Of a DNA stretch of 64,000 nt, positions 48,525 through 58,251 are shown in pieces. Each line of letters begins with the position of its first letter. Position 1 is the stretch's first letter. The notes under the pieces are model-generated. The model saw only the letters and a program-made list of their open reading frames with translations, had not been told where the DNA came from and did not search any database. The translations under genes and the position numbers were made by a program. This DNA is from an uncultured Alphaproteobacteria bacterium (GTDB lineage Bacteria; Pseudomonadota; Alphaproteobacteria; Rs-D84): the NCBI GenBank assembly GCA_944389525.1, contig CALXMR010000003.1, positions 2,915-66,914 on the forward strand. Direction: 5' to 3'.

Positions 48525-49674
48525 AAACCTGGATGTGCGCGGAAAGTATGTTTTGCTGCGCGATGATTTTAATGTCCAGATTGTTGATGGAAAAATTACA
48601 GATGCGTTCAGAATTCAGCAAAGTATGCCGACAATTAATGCACTGTGTGCGGCGGGGGCGCGGGTCGCGATTTGCGCCCATCTGGGGCGGCCAAAGGGTG
48701 CGCGTAATATGGCGTATACATTGGCACCGGTCGCAGAATATATGAATGTGCCACTGGTTGCGGATTGTTTGGACAAAGATTTTATGGCAAAAATGCACGA
48801 TGGTGATGTTGTGTTATTGGAAAATGTACGCTTTTACCCCGGGGAAGAAGCAAATGATCCTGGGTTTGCTGCAAAATTGGCCGATGGTTTTGATATATTT
48901 GTAAATGACGCATTTGCCGTGTCGCATCGCGCACATGCCAGTACGGTTGGTGTGGCAGAAATATTGCCGGCGTATGCAGGAAAGTTACTGGCGTCAGAAA
49001 TTGAACATTTGTCCGCTGTTATGGAAAATCCGCGCCGGCCATTGTTATCGATTGTCGCCGGCAGCAAGGTGTCTACGAAAATCGGTGTATTAAAGGCGTT
49101 GGCGAAACTGTCGGATAAACTGATTATTGGTGGCGCGTTAGGGACGACTTTTAATTACGCCATGGGTGGACGGGTTGGTAATTCGCTGTACGAAGCAGAC
49201 CAGAAAGATACTGCGTTGGATATTCTGGATTATGCGAAACAGAATAATTGCGAAGTATTGTTGCCACTGGACAAAGGTGTTGCCAAGGAATTTGTCCCGA
49301 ACGCCACCCGTACGAATAAAGATTTCACAGAAATCGAAGATGACGATATTATAATTGATGCTGGCGAAAAAACAACGCAGCGCGATGTGGCGGCGATTCG
49401 TTCGGCGGCAACAGTTATATGGAATGGCACGGTTGGTATGGCGGAATGGCAACCCACATGGTCGTACGGTTCGTTTGCAATTGCGCGTGCCATTGCGGAA
49501 CAGACGCGTGCCGGAAAATTGGAAAGCATTGTTGGTGGTGGGGATACCGTTGCCGCATTAGAGGCATGTGGTGTGAAATCTGATATTACATATGTTTCAA
49601 CGGGTGGTGGCGCGTTCTTGGAATTTATTGAGGGACGCGTTTTGCCAGGAATTGCAATATTGGAAAGCAAGTAA
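48505..49674 (+). CDS. pgk: Phosphoglycerate kinase
   Basis: R.DFNV, HLGRP, LENVRF, NDAF..SHRAHAS, GGGDT, STGGGAFLE. Confidence 0.97.
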   Translation: MKLRGIENLDVRGKYVLLRDDFNVQIVDGKITDAFRIQQSMPTINALCAAGARVAICAHLGRPKGARNMAYTLAPVAEYMNVPLVADCLDKDFMAKMHDGDVVLLENVRFYPGEEANDPGFAAKLADGFDIFVNDAFAVSHRAHASTVGVAEILPAYAGKLLASEIEHLSAVMENPRRPLLSIVAGSKVSTKIGVLKALAKLSDKLIIGGALGTTFNYAMGGRVGNSLYEADQKDTALDILDYAKQNNCEVLLPLDKGVAKEFVPNATRTNKDFTEIEDDDIIIDAGEKTTQRDVAAIRSAATVIWNGTVGMAEWQPTWSYGSFAIARAIAEQTRAGKLESIVGGGDTVAALEACGVKSDITYVSTGGGAFLEFIEGRVLPGIAILESK

Positions 49675-49782
49675 AAATGGGGCATTTGCCCCATTTTTTA
49701 TGTTGGCTTTATGTCATGAAAGGCATGTCATAGAATAAAAAATCCCACCGGTTGGTGGGATTTTTATTATACGGGCAAACGA

Positions 49783-50616
49783 TTATTCCGCTTCGTCCAG
49801 TGCAGATTCAATTTGATCCGCCGGGATTGCGCCAGGGAATGCCTGTTCGCCGATAATCAAGAACGGTGTGCCGCTGATTTCAAAGCGCTGTGCCAGGTCA
49901 CGCACATTTCTTAATTCACGCGCAACAACTTCGCCGTTCATGTCTTCTTTCAGTTTGTCTGTATCCAGACCAACTTCTTTGGCCATTTTCATAACGTTTG
50001 CTTCGACTTTATCGGCCAATGTTGATTGATCTTGCAAATCTTTGGAAGAATAGAATTCGCGGGTCATCAACATGTTGGTCAGTTCTGCTGCCTTTTCTTT
50101 GTCTTGCAGATTCGCTGCAATAACAGCCTTGGCCGGTGCATCAGACAATGGACCGTGGATAGAGAAGTTCTTTATCACGACACGGGTGTCGTCACGATCT
50201 GCTAATACGCGTTCCAATTCACCGTGTACGCGGCGGCAATATGGGCAAGAGAAGTCAGTCCAGACATAAATTGTCTTTTTCGCATCGCGATTACCCAAAA
50301 CTGGTGCATCACGCATCATCTGTTTACCTTCGGAACGAACATATTTACGAATTTGTTTGTTCTTTTCGGCCTGTTGCTGTTCTTGCATACCGTTGACCAT
50401 TTCTTGAACGATTAACGGATTTACCGCCGTCAAGTAATATGGCATATACAGGCGGCACACACTGCCCGTAATCAGGATGATGGCAATCAGGTTAATACAT
50501 TTGCCCATCACAATATTCCCAGCCGATGGTTTTTTATTGTCTGTTTTTGGCAGTAACATGCCACCAAACAAGAACAACAGAATACCAACAACCAGTACCA
50601 AGATTGTCCAAGTCAT
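49783..50616 (-). CDS. Membrane-anchored DsbA-family (Com1-like) thiol:disulfide oxidoreductase
   Basis: Two N-terminal TM segments, DFSCPYC, GTP cis-Pro loop. Confidence 0.88.
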   Translation of the reverse strand: MTWTILVLVVGILLFLFGGMLLPKTDNKKPSAGNIVMGKCINLIAIILITGSVCRLYMPYYLTAVNPLIVQEMVNGMQEQQQAEKNKQIRKYVRSEGKQMMRDAPVLGNRDAKKTIYVWTDFSCPYCRRVHGELERVLADRDDTRVVIKNFSIHGPLSDAPAKAVIAANLQDKEKAAELTNMLMTREFYSSKDLQDQSTLADKVEANVMKMAKEVGLDTDKLKEDMNGEVVARELRNVRDLAQRFEISGTPFLIIGEQAFPGAIPADQIESALDEAE

Positions 50617-50696
50617 AGTTTTCTCCTTTGTCTGTTGAACATGCCTAGAATAGTCAAAAAAAATAATATTGGCAAGGAAAATAAATCGCGTTTTTT

Positions 50697-51350
50697 TTAT
50701 GCGCGCATAATCAGTCGGCGTTGAAACGGTAATTCTGTGCCCTGGGTCGCGGCGGCGCGTTCGATAAATTTATATGTTGTGTTCAAATCCAGTGGCATTT
50801 TGTATAACCGGTCTGCGTACGGTGCACCACAATTTTTACATATTGCACGGCCCGTGCGCGGGGATATATACATTAAATCGTCATGCGTTCCGCATGCGCC
50901 GCACAGACCCAAATTTAACCCGTATCCTAATTCGCGCAGTAATTCTGTTTCCCACTGTAAATATGCCGCATCCCCAGATTCTGTCGGTAATTGTTCCAGT
51001 AATTTTATCGTCTGGGTGTACAGATGTTTGTATTGTTCGCGTTCCGGAACCAGCGCAGAAATTAATGCAAATGCACTGTTCATCATGTCCAGCAAAACAG
51101 GACGACACATTATTGGTGATGACAGATTTTTTTCTGGTTCCCAATGAAATGTGCCCAGTTGTGAATCCAGGCGCGCGTTCCAGGCCACAGCACCCATTTG
51201 ACCGACCAGTGGGCGATTCTTGCGTGCAATTTGTCCTGCACGCATTACACCGCACATCACGCCAAAATCGTATGTGAAAATGCGTGCCACCGAATCGCGT
51301 TCGCCAATAGGGCGCAGATTGATTAAAATACCAACTGATTCCAATTTCAT
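50697..51350 (-). CDS. recO: DNA repair protein RecO
   Basis: GE..S....T..FG, W.ARL..QLG, LL.ELGYGL, C..CG....L.YISPRTGRA. Confidence 0.9.
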   Translation of the reverse strand: MKLESVGILINLRPIGERDSVARIFTYDFGVMCGVMRAGQIARKNRPLVGQMGAVAWNARLDSQLGTFHWEPEKNLSSPIMCRPVLLDMMNSAFALISALVPEREQYKHLYTQTIKLLEQLPTESGDAAYLQWETELLRELGYGLNLGLCGACGTHDDLMYISPRTGRAICKNCGAPYADRLYKMPLDLNTTYKFIERAAATQGTELPFQRRLIMRA

Positions 51351-51407
51351 GTTATTGGAATTATACATTTTATGGTCTGAAATGTTTATGAAAAAATGTG
51401 TTCTGGC

Positions 51408-53138
51408 CTATATTGACATACGATTAGCAATTTGCTGTTGCACATATTCATCTTCGCTGTTGTACAGTGGCCATTGCGATTCCGCCAATTCACGCATAGT
51501 GGTCAATGGTTGGTCCAGACGCGCCCGGTACAGCCACATATTTGACATAACGCGTTTTATATAACTGCGTGTTTCGTATGTTGGAAAACTTTCTATGTAC
51601 AGCAGCGGGTCGTATGTTTGGAACATTTTTTCGAAATCTAGCATGGTGCCCATCCCGGCGTTATACGCCGCCAGCATTTTTATAATATTATTGTTTATGT
51701 TCGGATGTGCCAATAAATCGACAATGTATTGTTGCCCCAGAAACATATTGTGTTCAGGATTTGACATATCGATATCTGATATATCAACGCTGTTTTCACG
51801 GGCAACGCGTTTTGCAGTGCCTGGCATAATTTGCATCAGTCCATTTGCCCCCGCGCCAGATGTTGCCGTGGTGCGGAATCCGCTTTCCTGTTTTGTTATC
51901 GCCAGCAATAGCGCACGGTCAATTGACCAACCGCCCATCGGTTCCCAATCGGGTAACGGATATTGCGCGGAATATATAATATCATCATCAATTTCCAGAA
52001 TACCGCGATCTTGGATTAAACTGGACGCCTGGATTGATGTGCGGGCCAGACCGTATGCGGTTGCCACAGAATTGATGGCGTGCAGTGTGCGGTCAGAAAC
52101 CTTGGGTGTTATCATATATTTCAGGTATTGTTCCGCGCGTTCTTTTTGTCCAACCTGTAACAAGCCCAATGCAATTTTTCCGTACTTGGTTTCGCGCAGT
52201 TCGTCAATATCTTCGTCTGTTATATCTTGTTCAAAGAATTCGTATTTTGGGGTGTGGCCCAACATAACAGACGCCAATGCACCATAAAACGCCATCGGGT
52301 GCGCCGCCGCAATCTGCCAGTATTTTTTTGCCGCACTGCGGTCGCCATTTGCATCGGCCGCACGACCAGCCCAGAATGCTGCCTCGGTCTTGCGGGCGTT
52401 ATTAATTTGGTTTAAATCCAGTATCGCGCTGAAATATTTTTCACTTTCGTCAAATTTTTCTTCTTTGTAATACAACAGCCCCATTGCCCACAGACCGTAT
52501 TCAGATTTTGCATCAGATGCAACAAAACCCCACTTTTTCGCCAGTTCAAATTCGCCGTTGGTATAATATATGAATGACAGACGACCCGCCAGACGACCAT
52601 AATCCGATTCGGTCAGTTTGCGTTTGAACGAAGAATCTTCTAGGATCAGGCGCGCACGCTTGGTTGAACCACTGCGTATGGCGCGTTTGAATTGGGTGAT
52701 TTTTTTGTTGGTGTCCCCGGTGTATTTTTTTGCCGTCCATGTTTCAGACTGGGCCGTTTCGATTGATGCGCCACCGCTGATTATGCGCGGAACATATGCA
52801 CTGCGTACGGTTGCCTGTTTGATTTTGGCCAATTTTACCATGCGTTCAGCACCCGGCATGTCATAGTATTTTTCCATCCATGCCGCCAGTTCTTTGCCGC
52901 GCGTGCGATATGTGTCAGATATATAGCGTTGGTATAAAACCTCGTTCATTAGCAGTGGGTCATTTAATTGTTCTTGCAGTTTTTGTGCCGCACTGATTTC
53001 TTCGGCATCTTGTAACAAGAATATTTGTTCATACAGACTGGCATCGCCGTCAGATAATATGTCCAGATCGGGCGCATCATACGCCAATGCCCCCAACGGC
53101 AAGAATATTGCAATTAAAAATGTAAATATTTTTTTCAT
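51408..53138 (-). CDS. Soluble lytic murein transglycosylase (SLT domain)
   Basis: Signal peptide, TPR-like helices, AITKQESGF, GANGLMQIMP, AAYNAG, ETRSY. Confidence 0.92.
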   Translation of the reverse strand: MKKIFTFLIAIFLPLGALAYDAPDLDILSDGDASLYEQIFLLQDAEEISAAQKLQEQLNDPLLMNEVLYQRYISDTYRTRGKELAAWMEKYYDMPGAERMVKLAKIKQATVRSAYVPRIISGGASIETAQSETWTAKKYTGDTNKKITQFKRAIRSGSTKRARLILEDSSFKRKLTESDYGRLAGRLSFIYYTNGEFELAKKWGFVASDAKSEYGLWAMGLLYYKEEKFDESEKYFSAILDLNQINNARKTEAAFWAGRAADANGDRSAAKKYWQIAAAHPMAFYGALASVMLGHTPKYEFFEQDITDEDIDELRETKYGKIALGLLQVGQKERAEQYLKYMITPKVSDRTLHAINSVATAYGLARTSIQASSLIQDRGILEIDDDIIYSAQYPLPDWEPMGGWSIDRALLLAITKQESGFRTTATSGAGANGLMQIMPGTAKRVARENSVDISDIDMSNPEHNMFLGQQYIVDLLAHPNINNNIIKMLAAYNAGMGTMLDFEKMFQTYDPLLYIESFPTYETRSYIKRVMSNMWLYRARLDQPLTTMRELAESQWPLYNSEDEYVQQQIANRMSI

Positions 53139-53146
53139 GGATTTGT

Positions 53147-53647
53147 TCAAAATAGTGATGTTTTCGGCAACGGACATACCGCAGCGTTGTCGTCAGCCTG
53201 GGGTATTTGATCCAGAATCTTTTTAAAATCTGATATGCGCGAAAACTTACGATATACGGATACAAAGCGCACAAATGCAACCGGATCAAGATTTAATAAT
53301 GAATCGGAAACCATTTGACCAACCTGGGCGCTGGTGACCGTATCATCAGCGGTTTCGGTTTCCAATCTGCGGTGTATAGATGTCACCAGTTTTTCAATCT
53401 GTTCGTCACCGACATCGCGGTTGCGACATGCCAGTTTTATACTGCGCCGCAATTTTTCACGGTCAAATGCCTCCAGCTTGCCGCTGTTCTTGCGAACCAT
53501 CAGATCGCGCATTTGAACGCGTTCAACCGTTGTGAATTTGGCCCCGCATTGATTGCATACACGGCGGCGCCGAATAATGGCGTCTTCGGTATCTGGGCGG
53601 GAATCGGTCACCCGGCTGTCAGTTGAATTACAGTACGGACATCTCAT
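53147..53647 (-). CDS. nrdR: Transcriptional repressor NrdR
   Basis: MRCPYC..V.DSR..IRRRR.C..C..KFTT.E, ATP-cone, VRF.SVY. Confidence 0.96.
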   Translation of the reverse strand: MRCPYCNSTDSRVTDSRPDTEDAIIRRRRVCNQCGAKFTTVERVQMRDLMVRKNSGKLEAFDREKLRRSIKLACRNRDVGDEQIEKLVTSIHRRLETETADDTVTSAQVGQMVSDSLLNLDPVAFVRFVSVYRKFSRISDFKKILDQIPQADDNAAVCPLPKTSLF

Positions 53648-53826
53648 AGTTATATACGGTAGCAGTCAAAATTCCAACTGTAAAGCAGAATTTGCAAATG
53701 GGCATCGGGGTAAAAAAATTGCTTTTTTATAAAAATCAAGTGTTTTATTTGCATCGTATGTTGGCCTGGCGGCTTTTTAACAGGGGCAATTTATGATAAA
53801 ATGTATATTGAGACTGACAGAGAGAG

Positions 53827-54927
53827 ATGGAAAAATTTCTGAACCAGATTTTGACCGGTGACTGCATAGAAGTTATGCGCGAAATCCCAACGGCATCAGT
53901 GGACGCGGTGTTCGCAGATAGTCCATATAACTTGCAATTGGGGGCAAAAACACTGTATAGACCCGAAGATCAGACCGCCGCGCGTGCCGTGCGTGATGCG
54001 TGGGATGCGTTTGACAGCCCGGCCGCCTATGATGAATTTACGCGCCAATGGTTGTCCGAATGCCGGCGGATTTTGAAACCAGATGGTGCAATGTGGGTCA
54101 TCGGCAGTTATCATAATATTTTCCGTGTTGGCGCAATTTTACAAGATTTGGGTTTTTGGATACTGAATGATGTTGTTTGGGTCAAGACTAATCCAATGCC
54201 GAATTTTCGTGGCACGCGATTTACCAATGCGCATGAAACACTGATTTGGGCGACCCCGCGCAAGACGGGTAAATATACATTTAATTATGAAACAATGAAA
54301 AAACTGAACGGTGGTAAACAGATGCGTTCAGATTGGAATATAAATATTTGCCTGGGCGAAGAACGGGTCAAGGATGCCGCCGGGAAAAGTTTGCACAACA
54401 CACAAAAACCAATGGATTTGCTGCGGCGCGTTATCTTGGCATCGACCAAGGCGGGTGATGTTATTCTGGACCCGTTTTTGGGCAGTGGTACAACCGCCGC
54501 CGCCGCCAAAGAATTGGGACGTAATTTTATCGGTATCGAACGCGAAGAATCATATGTTGCGGCTGCGCGGGCGCGTGTCGATGCCGTGCAACCAATTGAT
54601 TTGTCGGAAATAGAGGTTGCAACCCCAAAACGGGACGAAGTTCGTGTTGCGTTCAAGGAATTGATAGAGGCAGGATTGCTGTATGTCGGACAGACATTGG
54701 TCAGTCCGCGTGGCGAACGCGTTATGATTACCCGCGATGGATTGTTGGCGCATTCATTGCATGGCAAGGCGTCTATTCATGTCATGGCGGCCCGGTTACA
54801 GCATTGTGCCAGTTTTAACGGTTGGGATTATTGGTCAGCCCAGCGGCGCGATGGGTCGTTGGTGCCAATTGATGAACTGCGTAAATATATACGCGGGGTA
54901 AAACGCGATATGAAAAAAGTTGCATAA
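53827..54927 (+). CDS. ccrM: Cell-cycle-regulated DNA adenine methyltransferase (GANTC type)
   Basis: DSPYNLQL, WVIGSYHNIFRVG, PMPNFRGTRFTNAHETLIWA, QMRSDW, DPFLGSGTT, C-terminal SIH..NGWDYW domain. Confidence 0.92.
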   Translation: MEKFLNQILTGDCIEVMREIPTASVDAVFADSPYNLQLGAKTLYRPEDQTAARAVRDAWDAFDSPAAYDEFTRQWLSECRRILKPDGAMWVIGSYHNIFRVGAILQDLGFWILNDVVWVKTNPMPNFRGTRFTNAHETLIWATPRKTGKYTFNYETMKKLNGGKQMRSDWNINICLGEERVKDAAGKSLHNTQKPMDLLRRVILASTKAGDVILDPFLGSGTTAAAAKELGRNFIGIEREESYVAAARARVDAVQPIDLSEIEVATPKRDEVRVAFKELIEAGLLYVGQTLVSPRGERVMITRDGLLAHSLHGKASIHVMAARLQHCASFNGWDYWSAQRRDGSLVPIDELRKYIRGVKRDMKKVA

Positions 54928-54954
54928 AAAAAGCCCCCATGTGGGGATTTTTTG

Positions 54955-55365
54955 TTATCTGGTTTTTTGAAATAGTGCGGCAATATGTGCGCGTATTCTG
55001 TCGCAGATACACATGTTTTGGCGGTTTAATCGTGTGTATGCGATATTTTCAGCGATATCGATAATCTGGTTTATTTCGTTATAATAACAATCATTATTTT
55101 CGCGCAAATCATCCCAAATTTCACAAAAACCATGTATTATGTGGTCTGCGTGTATTTGATCTTTTTTGATTTCAGAGAGAATGCGATTGTACATATATGG
55201 CCGTTGGTTATATTTTATCAATAGCTTTAACACATGTTGTTTGTATTCAATTCTTTTCAATATAGATTTGTATAGCAACATTGTTGCCTGCATATTATCA
55301 GTTATTCGTTTATGCTGGATAAGATAAAATCCTGGGGTCATAGTGGCGTTACCATAACACATCAT
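54955..55365 (-). CDS. Hypothetical AT-rich protein
   Basis: Single ORF filling the ccrM-clpP gap and ending at a terminator; start uncertain. Confidence 0.5.
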   Translation of the reverse strand: MMCYGNATMTPGFYLIQHKRITDNMQATMLLYKSILKRIEYKQHVLKLLIKYNQRPYMYNRILSEIKKDQIHADHIIHGFCEIWDDLRENNDCYYNEINQIIDIAENIAYTRLNRQNMCICDRIRAHIAALFQKTR

Positions 55366-55390
55366 TTGAATTTGTCAATTATGTTTTAGG

Positions 55391-55418
55391 CTTGTATTTT
55401 ATTTGCACATATCTATAT
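55391..55418 (+). promoter_or_regulatory. Putative RpoH-type promoter for clpPX
   Basis: CTTG-N17-TCTATAT. Confidence 0.5.
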
Positions 55419-55488
55419 ATATGATAAATTCGCGAATCGGGCATTTGTGTGATATAGTTCTAGGTGTAAAAAAGTAAGGATTTAAATT

Positions 55489-56070
55489 ATGGCATTAATA
55501 CCAATGGTTATCGAGGAATCGCCACGTGGGGAACGGTCCTTTGATATTTATTCCAGATTGTTGCGTGACAGAATTGTTATGGTAAATGGTCAAATCGAAC
55601 CAAATATGGCCAATTCGATTGTTGCGCAATTGTTGTTCTTGGAATCTGAAAATCCAAATGCGGATATTTCTATGTATATTAATTCGCCGGGCGGGGATGT
55701 ATCGGCCGGTTGGGCAATTATGGACACGATGCAATATATTAAATCGCCGGTGTCGACAATTGGTATGGGACTGGTTGCATCAATGGGGTCTGTGTTGCTG
55801 GCGGCGGGGACGCATGGGAAACGCTTTGTCTTGCCCAACACCCAGATTATGATACACCAGCCGATGGCCGGCGCCGAAGGGCAAATTACCGATATGGAAA
55901 TTCGTATGGCACAATATCAAAAGAATAAAAAGACATTGATAAAACAGATGTCTGAATTCACCGGGCGTAAAGAAAAAGAATTGTTTGATGCAATGGAACG
56001 CGATAACTGGATGAGTCCGGACGAGGCGAAAAAATTCGGCCTGATTGATGAAGTGCTGAAACGCAAATAA
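55489..56070 (+). CDS. clpP: ATP-dependent Clp protease proteolytic subunit
   Basis: DIYSRLL, YINSPGG, ASMG, IMIHQP, ERDNWM. Confidence 0.97.
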   Translation: MALIPMVIEESPRGERSFDIYSRLLRDRIVMVNGQIEPNMANSIVAQLLFLESENPNADISMYINSPGGDVSAGWAIMDTMQYIKSPVSTIGMGLVASMGSVLLAAGTHGKRFVLPNTQIMIHQPMAGAEGQITDMEIRMAQYQKNKKTLIKQMSEFTGRKEKELFDAMERDNWMSPDEAKKFGLIDEVLKRK

Positions 56071-56106
56071 TATTTACCATGGTTTTTTCGTGGGGGATAA
56101 TTGGAC

Positions 56107-57381
56107 ATGAGTGACGATAAAATAAAATCTTCGAATACATCACAGGCAAACGCGGAAACACAATTTTGCAGTTTTTGTGGCAAGGCCGTGTACGAAGTAA
56201 AAAAACTGGTCAGTGGACGCAATGTATGCATTTGTGATGAATGTATAAATCTGTGCAATGACATTATGGCGGATGATATGCGGCGTAATGTTGCCACGGC
56301 GCATGCAAAATTGCCAACGCCACGCCAGATTTATGATTTCTTGAATGAATATATTATCGGCCAAGACGATGCAAAACGCACGCTGTCAGTGGCGGTATAT
56401 AATCATTACAAGCGGCACAGTGTAACTGACACGACCCAGGTTGAAATACAAAAATCAAATGTTTTGCTGATTGGGCCAACAGGAACCGGCAAGACGCTGT
56501 TTGCACAAACTTTGGCACGGGTTTTGGATGTGCCGTTCGCAATTGCCGATGCCACCACATTGACCGAGGCTGGATATGTCGGTGACGATGTGGAAAGTGT
56601 TTTGACGCGTCTGTTACAGAATGCAAATTTTGATGTTGAACGCGCCGGGCGCGGAATCATATATATTGACGAAATCGATAAAATCGCACGCAAGTCTGAA
56701 AATCCATCATTGACGCGCGATGTTTCCGGCGAAGGTGTGCAACAGGCATTATTGAAACTGGTCGAAGGTACGGTTGCGAATGTCCCGGCCGGCGGGGCAG
56801 GGCGCAAGCACCCGGGCGAGGCCACAGTCCAACTGGATACATCCAAGATTTTGTTTATTTGTGGCGGGGCGTTTGATGGATTGAATAAAATTATTGGGGC
56901 GCGAACAAATGCCCGGGCTGGCATCGGGTTTGGCGCGCATGTCGAATCAAAAAAAGAACGCGAATCCAAAAATTATCTGGACGATGTGCAACCCGAAGAT
57001 TTAGTGAAATTCGGTATTATTCCAGAATTGGTTGGCCGTTTGCCAGTAATTACCACATTACAGGATTTGGATGAAGATGCGCTGGTAAAAATTCTGACGG
57101 AACCAAAAAATGCAATCGTGCGTCAGTATGCGGCAATGTTGGAATTGGATGGGGTGAAATTAACAATTACCGATGACGGATTGCGCGAAATTGCGAAAAT
57201 GGCGGCCGCACGCAAGACGGGCGCACGTGGCCTGCGCAGTATATTGGAAAAACTGTTACTGGGGCCGATGTTTAATGCGCCAGATAATGACGATTTGGTT
57301 GAAATTGTTATTGATAAAGATGTTGTGGCCGGGAAAAAGCCACCAGTTGAAATACTGCGTGATGCGAAGAATGTTGCATAA
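56107..57381 (+). CDS. clpX: Clp protease ATP-binding subunit ClpX
   Basis: CSFCGK..CICDEC zinc finger, [39 protein letters not shown]. Confidence 0.97.
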   Translation: MSDDKIKSSNTSQANAETQFCSFCGKAVYEVKKLVSGRNVCICDECINLCNDIMADDMRRNVATAHAKLPTPRQIYDFLNEYIIGQDDAKRTLSVAVYNHYKRHSVTDTTQVEIQKSNVLLIGPTGTGKTLFAQTLARVLDVPFAIADATTLTEAGYVGDDVESVLTRLLQNANFDVERAGRGIIYIDEIDKIARKSENPSLTRDVSGEGVQQALLKLVEGTVANVPAGGAGRKHPGEATVQLDTSKILFICGGAFDGLNKIIGARTNARAGIGFGAHVESKKERESKNYLDDVQPEDLVKFGIIPELVGRLPVITTLQDLDEDALVKILTEPKNAIVRQYAAMLELDGVKLTITDDGLREIAKMAAARKTGARGLRSILEKLLLGPMFNAPDNDDLVEIVIDKDVVAGKKPPVEILRDAKNVA

Positions 57382-57543
57382 AAAACGTGGCATTTGCCAC
57401 GTTTTTTATGCATGCTGATGTTCCTTTGTTCTTGTGCAAAAAATAGCTGGTGTAAGAATTTATTAATACATATCTTGTCCGACCGGGATATACAAATGTT
57501 AAATGAAAAAAATACCCCAAAATGGAGCATTTTTTATTTATTC

Positions 57544-57628
57544 TGGTGGCCCTGGTCGGACTCGAACCGACACTCCTTGCAGAACTTGATTTTGAGTCAA
57601 GCGCGTCTACCAATTCCGCCACGGGGCC
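57544..57628 (-). tRNA. tRNA-Leu (CAA)
   Basis: GGCCCCGTGGCGGAATTGGTAGACGC..CTCAAAA..variable arm..GGTTCGAGTCC..CACCA. Confidence 0.93.
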
Positions 57629-57649
57629 AAAATGCAATACGGTCGGGTT

Positions 57650-58024
57650 TTATTTCGCCGCTGCTTTCTTGGCATCAACCTTTTTCACCAGGCGTGCACT
57701 GCGATTTGCCTTGTGCACTGGTTTCTTTGCTGGTTTTTCCTGGGTGCCAATTTTTTTGTTAATCGCCTTTTTAATTGCGGCCATTTCTGGGGTTAAACGG
57801 GACGGTGATTTTGACATCACATATGCGTCCAGACCACCATGCTTGGTCAATGTGCGCAGACCCGCCGTTGAAATACGCAACGAAAAATCGCGATTTAAAA
57901 TATCACTGTGAAACTTTAATTTTTGCAGATTAGGCAGAAAAGTACGCTTTGTATGGCGTTCCGAATGGGAAACGTTCATCCCAACTTGTGTTTTCTTGCC
58001 TGTAACTTTACATACACGTGGCAT
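57650..58024 (-). CDS. rpmB: 50S ribosomal protein L28 (Lys-rich C-terminal extension)
   Basis: MPRVCKVTGK..GMNVSHS..TKR.FLPNL. Confidence 0.95.
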   Translation of the reverse strand: MPRVCKVTGKKTQVGMNVSHSERHTKRTFLPNLQKLKFHSDILNRDFSLRISTAGLRTLTKHGGLDAYVMSKSPSRLTPEMAAIKKAINKKIGTQEKPAKKPVHKANRSARLVKKVDAKKAAAK

Positions 58025-58185
58025 ATTATAATCCTTTGATAACCGGGGCATAATTTATAATAAAAATCCATGAAAGTCAAGGATTGTTTTATTTTTGCAC
58101 ATTTTTTAGTGCATCTGCGCAATTGTATCATAAAAAACACAAAAATTAAAGCGTATATAATAAATCAATGTTTTGATTCCTGTAC

Positions 58186-58213
58186 CTTGAAAAAGCATAT
58201 TTTGATACTATAT
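58186..58213 (+). promoter_or_regulatory. Putative RpoH-type promoter for clpB
   Basis: CTTG-N17-ACTATAT (reads CTTGAA at -35). Confidence 0.55.
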
Positions 58214-58251
58214 ATAGGAAAAATTAAATTTAACAAGGGGGATTTTTAAAC

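Noticed and set aside
51595-52287. Long antisense ORFs (also 4306-4905, 6660-7427, 59464-60072 and others)
   Set aside because: They are shadow frames opposite well-supported genes.
53770-53800. CtrA box upstream of ccrM
   Set aside because: Only a TTAAC half-site is present, with no TTAA-N7-TTAA.
53827-55365. Type II restriction-modification pair
   Set aside because: The methylase has CcrM-specific motifs, and the convergent small ORF shows no recognisable nuclease motif.
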